Shown piece by piece: positions 45,118-51,519 of a stretch of DNA of 51,519 bases; the first letter of the stretch is position 1, and each line of letters begins with the position of its first letter. The position numbers and the translations under genes were made by a program. The stretch is taken from assembly GCA_964439505.1 (NCBI GenBank), contig CAYTOR010000001.1, forward strand, positions 1 to 51,519, given 5' to 3'. The notes below the pieces were generated by a model. That model was not told where the DNA came from and searched no databases. It saw nothing but the letters and a program-made list of their open reading frames with translations. This stretch comes from an uncultured Sangeribacter sp. GTDB taxonomy: Bacteria; Bacteroidota; Bacteroidia; Bacteroidales; Muribaculaceae.

Positions 45118-46197
45118 TCAAACATAGTCCTCGCCGAAGCGGTCTTTGACGTCATTGACCATCCGGCGGATATTCTGCTCGTCGGAGACGGGATAGATCA
45201 GCAACGCTTTCTCCGTATCGGCAACGATATAATCCTTCAGCCCCTTGGCAACGACGATTTTATCCCGATCGGAAATTGCGAAGACCGTATTCTCGCAATC
45301 ATTCTGGATCAGACGGCAATTCTGCGTCACGTTGCCGTATTCATCGCGCGGAGAGATATCGTAAAGCGCTTTCCAGCTTCCCAAATCGCTCCAGCCGATA
45401 TCGACGGTCTCGACATAGACATTATCCGCCTTCTCCATGATCGCATAGTCGATTGAATTGGACGGAGCCGAAGAGTAATTGGCGTCGATGAAGGCCGCTT
45501 CGCGCGGAGTGCCGTAGTCCGCCAGTCCGCGATTGAAGACCGCCGCTGTCTCCGGATCATAGCGGTCAAAAGCCTCTAACACACTCTTCGCCTTCCAAAG
45601 GAAAATCCCCGCATTCCAATAAAACTCACCCGAGGAAAGGAATACCTTGGCCAGTTCCTCATTGGGCTTCTCCGTAAAGGATTTTACCTTATAGAACCCC
45701 TCGACGCCCTCAACCGGGGCGTCTTGTTGTATATAGCCGTAGCCGGTATGGGGGGACGCGGGCCGGATACCGAGAGTCAGCAGCCTGTCGGCGCCCTCGA
45801 CGAACTCGAAGCCAAGGCGAAGGGATTCGTGGAAAGCCTTTTCCTTGAGGACCAGATGATCCGACGGCAAGACTACCATCGACCCTTCCGGATCCAGGGC
45901 AGCGATATGATGGGCGGCCCAGCAGATGCAGGGCGCCGTGTTGCGCCGCGCCGGTTCGAGCAGGATATTCTCAGCCGGCACTTCAGGGAGCTGCTCCCTG
46001 ATAAGGGGAGCATAGCGCTTATTGGTCAGCAATAATATCCGCTCTGCGGGCACGAGTTCCAGCACCCGGTCAAAAGTCATCTGGAGCAGACTGCGGCCGC
46101 TGCCGAAAAAATCCAGAAACTGCTTCGGGCGCTCTTCGCGGCTCGAAGGCCAGAAACGCGACCCTACTCCGCCGCACATGATTACGCAATATCTCAT
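45118..46197 (-). CDS. manC: Mannose-1-phosphate guanylyltransferase
   Basis: GGVGSRFWP.S, PKQF, EPARRNTAP, PSDH, WNAGIF, SIDYAIMEK and GWSDLGSW. Confidence 0.95.
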   Translation of the reverse strand: MRYCVIMCGGVGSRFWPSSREERPKQFLDFFGSGRSLLQMTFDRVLELVPAERILLLTNKRYAPLIREQLPEVPAENILLEPARRNTAPCICWAAHHIAALDPEGSMVVLPSDHLVLKEKAFHESLRLGFEFVEGADRLLTLGIRPASPHTGYGYIQQDAPVEGVEGFYKVKSFTEKPNEELAKVFLSSGEFYWNAGIFLWKAKSVLEAFDRYDPETAAVFNRGLADYGTPREAAFIDANYSSAPSNSIDYAIMEKADNVYVETVDIGWSDLGSWKALYDISPRDEYGNVTQNCRLIQNDCENTVFAISDRDKIVVAKGLKDYIVADTEKALLIYPVSDEQNIRRMVNDVKDRFGEDYV

Positions 46198-46243
46198 TTC
46201 GATTAAGTATGATGTCAGAGTTATGAGTTATGAAGTTTTTATC

Positions 46244-46325
46244 CTTTACCGGAAAAAAGCTTCAGCTTTCTTAAACCGGAGAGATTACCCTTCCCCTTCT
46301 TTACCGGGAAAAGCTTCAGCTTTTT
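46244..46325. repeat. Duplicated short hairpin CTTTACCGG(A/G)AAAAGCTTCAGCTTT
   Basis: Copies at about 46244-46269 and 46299-46323, just past the Na/Pi stop. Each contains an AAAGC/GCTTT stem. Confidence 0.65.
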
Positions 46326-48112
46326 CAGACTGCCGCGGGCTTGAACTGATGCTTGACGCCCTCGACTACGTTGAGCATGAAGTCGCCGAGTTTCTCAGCC
46401 TCCCCGATAAGATCCATGAAGAAGATACCTTCCTGATAATCATAGACCTTATTGTTGATATTGTAAATATTGTCGTCACGCAGACGATTGCGGAAGTTAT
46501 TGATCTCACGCTCTTTGTTGTAAGCCGTGATGATCTTGGCATCTTCCGGAGTCTCCATCTCGCGCAGGAGTTCAAGCATATTCTTCATCGCCCCTTCGAC
46601 CATATCATACATCAGGTCAATCTCTTTCATCACTCCGTCATCGAAATTGACATGAATCTGATTCTTGCGGTTCAAGGTCTTGGCTACATTATAGCAACTG
46701 TCGGCGATAGACTCGATCTCGGAGACTACCCGCAGCATGCCGGCGATACGCATCTTACCTTCGGGACTCAGACGCCCTTCGGCGATCTTGTTAAGGAAGG
46801 TGCCGATCTCTATCTCCATGCGGTCGGAAATCTCTTCGTATTTCTCAAGGCGGGAATAGAGGTTGGTATATTCGGGATCCTTCTCGCTGACATGTATAAG
46901 TTTATGAGCCATATCGAGCATCCGCTCAACCCTCTCGGCATATACTACGATCTCCTTCTGAGCCTGGGTGATGTTAAGCTCGGAAGTACCCATCATTCCG
47001 CGGCCGATAAACTTGAGAGAGAAATCCTCCTCGCTGTCCTTGTGGCGCTGAGGCATGATCCAGCAGACGATCTTGACGTAGAATCTCGTAAACCAGATCA
47101 TGATAAGAAGGTTGCAGGTATTGAAGACGGTCGGGAACATAGCCAGGGCGAACGCCATCGAGGCCTGGGCCTTCGCGGTCAGTCCGCCGGCCGGATTGAG
47201 TAGCGTAGTATCCCCCATCGCGGACTCTTCGGCCGCGGTAATATCAAGGGGATTCAGTCCCTCCAGCCAATAGGTAATGTCGGCTACCAAGGTGACGAAA
47301 GGCTTGAAGATGATCAGGACTATAATGGAGCCGAGCACGTTAAACATCACGTGGCCCATCGCCGTCCGCTTCGCCGCTAAGTTACCGCTCAGTGAAGCTA
47401 AGATAGGAGTGATGGTCGTACCGATATTTCCACCTAAGATTATGGCGCAACCGAGTTCATAGTTGATCCAGCCTTGCGAACACATAATCAACGTGATAGC
47501 GAACGTTGCGGCCGAACTCTGCGCGACCATGGTCACTATGATGCCGATCGTGAAGAAGATCAGGACCGAACCGTACCCCATCGTGGTGTACTTGGTCAGG
47601 AACTGCAGCATCTCCGGATTCTCCTGAAGGTTGGGGACGTATTGGGAGATCAGATCCAGACCCATGAAGAGGAAACAGAAGCCGATCAGGAATTCACCCA
47701 TCGACTTATACGTCGACTTCTTCATGAAGAGCATCGGGACGCCGAGCGCCAACAGCAGGATGCTGTAGTCGGAGATGCTCACCTCAAATGAGAAGGCCGA
47801 GATAATCCATGTCGTCACCGTCGTACCGACATTCGCGCCGAAAATGACGGCCATCGCCTGGCCGAGCGACATCAGGCCGGCGTTAACGAAACTGACCACC
47901 ATCACCGTCGAAGCCGACGAGGACTGGATAAGGGCCGTAATGAGGATACCGGTAATTACCCCGGTCACACGGTTTTTGGTCATGATCCCCAGAATGTTGC
48001 GCAGTCTGTCGCCCGCAACCTTCTGCAGACCTTCACTCATCACCTTCATTCCGTAAAGGAAGAGGCAGACGGACCCTAAAAGGGCAATAAAGTCAAAAAT
48101 CGAGTAGTTCAC
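46325..48112 (-). CDS. Na/Pi cotransporter family protein with PhoU-like C-terminal domains
   Basis: QSSSA, GANVGTT, QSSAA and GGNIGTT repeats; C-terminal EIESIAD and EKLGD. GTG start at 48112 inferred. Confidence 0.92.
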   Translation of the reverse strand: MNYSIFDFIALLGSVCLFLYGMKVMSEGLQKVAGDRLRNILGIMTKNRVTGVITGILITALIQSSSASTVMVVSFVNAGLMSLGQAMAVIFGANVGTTVTTWIISAFSFEVSISDYSILLLALGVPMLFMKKSTYKSMGEFLIGFCFLFMGLDLISQYVPNLQENPEMLQFLTKYTTMGYGSVLIFFTIGIIVTMVAQSSAATFAITLIMCSQGWINYELGCAIILGGNIGTTITPILASLSGNLAAKRTAMGHVMFNVLGSIIVLIIFKPFVTLVADITYWLEGLNPLDITAAEESAMGDTTLLNPAGGLTAKAQASMAFALAMFPTVFNTCNLLIMIWFTRFYVKIVCWIMPQRHKDSEEDFSLKFIGRGMMGTSELNITQAQKEIVVYAERVERMLDMAHKLIHVSEKDPEYTNLYSRLEKYEEISDRMEIEIGTFLNKIAEGRLSPEGKMRIAGMLRVVSEIESIADSCYNVAKTLNRKNQIHVNFDDGVMKEIDLMYDMVEGAMKNMLELLREMETPEDAKIITAYNKEREINNFRNRLRDDNIYNINNKVYDYQEGIFFMDLIGEAEKLGDFMLNVVEGVKHQFKPAAV

Positions 48113-48291
48113 TTTAGTTATGGTATAGTGGTAAGAATCCCGTCCCCGATATCGGGTCAGCTCCTTAAGACCCCGTCCTGAATTTAACATTTTTTGTTGG
48201 ACGGGGTCTAAGTCCCTTCATCCGCAGGATGATACCCTTCTGAAGAATGAGTAAATTCCAACGGAGAGATGAGCTTTCCCGACTTCATCTG

Positions 48292-48322
48292 CAAAATTAC
48301 AACATTATCTCCAATTTCCAAT
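48292..48322 (-). promoter_or_regulatory. Probable promoter for the Na/Pi cotransporter
   Basis: Minus strand reads ATTG-N19-TAATTTTG. Confidence 0.55.
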
Positions 48323-48368
48323 CCTTTCCTTAAAATTTTAGAGCCAATCGAAGAAAAATGAACTCCGA

Positions 48369-50972
48369 TCACTCCAGCATCGGGCGCACGCCGAAGGCGT
48401 GATTGATCGGCTCCTGATTGACGCTCGCCTTGCAGTCATCCGTGATGATGAGCGCATGCGCTTCCTTGCCGGTAGTCAAAGCATCGAAAGTCCAGTACTC
48501 AGGAAGTAATGCCTGGGTTGTCTGGTTGCCGGATGAACTCGAACGATAACCCATCGCCGGGAAACTTACCGTAGACCCGTCGCTGAAGGTCATATAATAC
48601 ATTCCGCAACGCGTGGGCCCCGCAGGCGCCTCATATCTTATCGTTACATCCTTCACGCTCTCCCTGAGCATCTCACCTGCCGGCACGATAGCTCCGACCG
48701 GAGAAGGATCATAGATCGTCTTGACATACGCTTTCTCCGACATATTCATGTTCCAGAGATTAAGATGCTTCATCACGTAATCACTCTTATTATCATGAGG
48801 AGATTCCCAGAATACTTCGGGATGAAGCGTTCTGACCGCCTCTACGCTCTCATTCGCCGACAGATCATTGAGCGAGCGCAAAGTCAGGGAGGTCTTCTCC
48901 TGATGATTGGAATCGTACCATTGCTTGATATCCGACATCATCGGGTCTTTGCGTCCCCACTGGTAATACGTGAAGCAGTCGGGCGTAGATATAGTCTTTT
49001 CAGGCTGAGTCAGCGTTACAGTTTTCTGCAGTGGCTCCATTCCGGCGGGGACGTCGATCTGAGTGAAACGCACCTTCACGCTGCAGGCTGAGAAGGTCAC
49101 TACATCCCCGGCCTTCACTTCTCCGACGCTCCTCGGGTAGAGATGGTAGGTCTTACCGGAATAAGTTATCGGATGGGTTTCGGTGCCGGCTTTATAGTCA
49201 GTCACCCAAAGCTGCCAGCTCCACATCACATTCCCGTCCTTATCCCTTACCGCCAGCAGGGCGTTGCCCTGACGGATAGTATTGTGAGGGATTTCGAACT
49301 CTATGGACTTTCCATCGGACGATAACTTCACGTCGCGTACCATATTCAGGGCGTCTTCCCATAACAGCATCGCATCTGCCGGAGTGCAACCGGAATTATT
49401 GTAGATATACGGATTCGTGATCGCATTGCCGAGATGATTGACAAACGCTTTCAAGGCCTTGGAGTTATGCGTAGTTGCCGTATAGGAGTGGGTGTTTACA
49501 GCTCCGTTCTTTATGGCATTGCCATAGACCAAGGGAATGGAGTATTTCCCCGGAGCATTGATGATATAGGTATTCGCCGTGTTTTGGATTCCGGCCGAGC
49601 CCGAAGAGGAGGCAAGGTTATAGGGGGTATTGCCGGAAGTCTGGTTGATATCCGCGGCGTTTTGCAGGATTCGCGTCTGGGCGCTGATCTGATTGAAGAC
49701 GATATCGTGCATAGTAGTGTGGGCCTCGCAGTCCTGATCGCCGTTGCCGGAAGTCACGAATGAAGTTACCCAAGAGGGCTGCCCGATTACGTTGCCGTCA
49801 TCATCTACAAATTCAGCTATCCATTTTACGGGAGTCGAGGTTTCGCCGTTGACGTATTGGCTCTTGACGGTATAGTTGTCGGTGCCGCCGGTATAATTCG
49901 TAGCGAAGTTTCCGGCAACGTCTAAGATAAGATATTCCGAGGCAGGATTGGCCGAGATGCGGTATACCACGGTCTTCCCCGCTTCCCATACCTGGCCTTC
50001 GAGAGCGGCTGTCATGACGACGGTCTTGCCCTCGGATTCCACTGTCATTGAAATCGAGGCCCCTTCATCAAGGGTCTGGGGCATGAGCAGGAAGGTATTG
50101 TCGCCCTCGATGACCGGAGTGCCGGGTTCTACGAGCGTAGACCCCTCGGCAGCCGAAAGACTGAGATCAGGAGCGACCGTATAGGAGGCGTTGCCACTGA
50201 CATCGCGCCATTCGCCGGACTCCAAATTCAGCGTACCGCGGTCTTTGACCCCACTGATGGAGATTTCCTTTATGACGCACGGTGCCATTTCCGACCCGAC
50301 GGAGAATCGGATCGCCGTCAGAGCGTGATTGAAAGTGAGTTCGCAAGGGGATTCGGAAGCATCCTTCGGAGTGCTCCACATCAGATCAGGCTGCTCCTTG
50401 ACTGTTGCGGGAACTACGTAACCGAGTTCAGGATCTCCGGTCTCGCCCTCACCGGGCAGGGAAGTGATCCCTTCCGCGGCGGTAGATTCGGTATAGGGAG
50501 AGTAGGCGTTGATATGCAGGTCTCCCTCACCCGGCCAGAGATATTCCTTGGCCGGTTTCCAGTCGCGTTCGGAGGCGATCTCTTCGTTATACATGTAATC
50601 CGGCCCCTCGCCGCTGCCGACGATCGAAGCGAAGACTCCGAAGGTCGACATGGTCTCGGGGGAGACCTGCGTTCCTCTGGTCGTACCGGTGGTTCCGGAG
50701 GACGCGCTCAAGGAGATCCCGTCGCGCACCGCCGGCACCAGATACAAAGGCTTTTCCTCTGAAGTAAGAGTCAGCACGCCGCCGGAAGGAGAGGCGGCGG
50801 AACGGGTATTCCACCCTTCGGCTTCCCTAACATCAAACTTAATGCTGCGGCCGGAGTTTTCCCTTGTGTCGAAAAAATCATCCGCGCATGCCGTCAGGCC
50901 CAGGCAGGCAGAAGCCAATAACAGCCCGCAACCGGCGGATTTAATCGTGGAATATATATCACTCTTCTTCAT
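48369..50972 (-). CDS. Fimbrillin-family (type V pilus) lipoprotein with large C-terminal extension, probable tip/ancillary pilin
   Basis: Lipobox LTAC, TRG/TRS processing-type motif, YLWP, AYSPY, PDLM, FNHAL and GKTVVY. C-terminal ANTYII, WSWQLWVTD and YYQWGRKDP. Confidence 0.78.
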   Translation of the reverse strand: MKKSDIYSTIKSAGCGLLLASACLGLTACADDFFDTRENSGRSIKFDVREAEGWNTRSAASPSGGVLTLTSEEKPLYLVPAVRDGISLSASSGTTGTTRGTQVSPETMSTFGVFASIVGSGEGPDYMYNEEIASERDWKPAKEYLWPGEGDLHINAYSPYTESTAAEGITSLPGEGETGDPELGYVVPATVKEQPDLMWSTPKDASESPCELTFNHALTAIRFSVGSEMAPCVIKEISISGVKDRGTLNLESGEWRDVSGNASYTVAPDLSLSAAEGSTLVEPGTPVIEGDNTFLLMPQTLDEGASISMTVESEGKTVVMTAALEGQVWEAGKTVVYRISANPASEYLILDVAGNFATNYTGGTDNYTVKSQYVNGETSTPVKWIAEFVDDDGNVIGQPSWVTSFVTSGNGDQDCEAHTTMHDIVFNQISAQTRILQNAADINQTSGNTPYNLASSSGSAGIQNTANTYIINAPGKYSIPLVYGNAIKNGAVNTHSYTATTHNSKALKAFVNHLGNAITNPYIYNNSGCTPADAMLLWEDALNMVRDVKLSSDGKSIEFEIPHNTIRQGNALLAVRDKDGNVMWSWQLWVTDYKAGTETHPITYSGKTYHLYPRSVGEVKAGDVVTFSACSVKVRFTQIDVPAGMEPLQKTVTLTQPEKTISTPDCFTYYQWGRKDPMMSDIKQWYDSNHQEKTSLTLRSLNDLSANESVEAVRTLHPEVFWESPHDNKSDYVMKHLNLWNMNMSEKAYVKTIYDPSPVGAIVPAGEMLRESVKDVTIRYEAPAGPTRCGMYYMTFSDGSTVSFPAMGYRSSSSGNQTTQALLPEYWTFDALTTGKEAHALIITDDCKASVNQEPINHAFGVRPMLE

Positions 50973-51093
50973 AATAAATAGCCTTAGTGGAATTTTACCT
51001 CTTTGAATCGGACCGGCAGAGTCTTTTCAAGAACAGAATGAAACTCGGAGGCCGGGTTCCGGATTCAAGGACCGGATTTAAGACAGGATTTTA

Positions 51094-51123
51094 AAAAACC
51101 CCACCCTTACGAGTGAGGTTTTT
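51094..51123 (-). terminator. Intrinsic terminator between the fimbrillin genes
   Basis: Minus strand reads AAAAACCTCAC-loop-GTGGGGTTTTTT. Confidence 0.7.
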
Positions 51124-51145
51124 CAGTTTATAAGGGATTTCTATA

Positions 51146-51519
51146 TCAGTTATTGTTGGAGGTAGTGGTCATCGGAAGATCTACTGTGGTATCTGCCCAG
51201 TCGACTACGTTAACTGTAAATTTGATCGGACCGCCGAGGACAGGAGTACCGGGCTGAGGATCGTGAGGATCTACGTAACCTGCGCCGTGCGACAGATCGA
51301 GGGTATAGATATATTTCTTGCCGGGTTCCCAGTTAGTGCTGATAGGAATTGCGGCCCATTGACAGTTCTGGTTGGTATTGAAGGGATATACCTGAGCGCC
51401 GGCTGCGGTATTGACCTGAAGTTTTACAGAGAGGTAGGCTCCGGCCGCAGTATTGGAAGCATCACCGGTAGGATCCCAGGCCACGAGCTGCTGCGGGAGA
51501 AGCATTGCGTTGCCTTCGG
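51146..51519 (-). CDS. Fimbrillin-family protein, C-terminal part (5' end outside the window)
   Basis: MLLPQ, WEPGKKYIYTL and PIKFTVNVVDW are typical fimbrillin C-terminal strands. Confidence 0.8.
   Translation of the reverse strand, partial: EGNAMLLPQQLVAWDPTGDASNTAAGAYLSVKLQVNTAAGAQVYPFNTNQNCQWAAIPISTNWEPGKKYIYTLDLSHGAGYVDPHDPQPGTPVLGGPIKFTVNVVDWADTTVDLPMTTTSNNN

Noticed and set aside
46022-47203. 393-aa + strand ORF
   Set aside because: Antisense shadow of the Na/Pi cotransporter and manC, with no recognisable motifs.

Overview
This is a Bacteroidales chromosomal window, probably Muribaculaceae-like (inferred from TTTG-N19/20-TAnnTTTG promoters, fimbrillin genes and DUF5715). About 1-34.3 kb is a + strand Wzx/Wzy surface-polysaccharide locus. 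It holds an EpsG-type polymerase, nine glycosyltransferases, three acyltransferase-3 proteins, a pyruvyl transferase and a PglC/PglD/DegT-type amino-sugar set. It also holds an acyl-tailoring cassette (2 ACP, 2 FabH-like, 1 FabG-like, 1 AMP-ligase) and two tandem sugar-transfer ATP-grasp genes. An apparently intact two-gene RADAR anti-phage system (RdrA P-loop ATPase plus RdrB adenosine deaminase, 5784-11262) sits co-oriented inside the locus. RADAR is a described system; its position inside a glycan operon is the unusual part. After tRNA-Pro(GGG) and galM come mostly minus-strand core genes: AsmA-like, DUF5715, TonB C-terminal, LMW-PTP, three FKBP-type genes, ManC, a Na/Pi cotransporter and two fimbrillins. 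Intergenic DNA carries a 26-bp GTAG-type REP family, a nested inverted-repeat element, a 23-bp tandem array in the DegT leader and several local duplications. All calls come from motifs read by eye; no searches were run.
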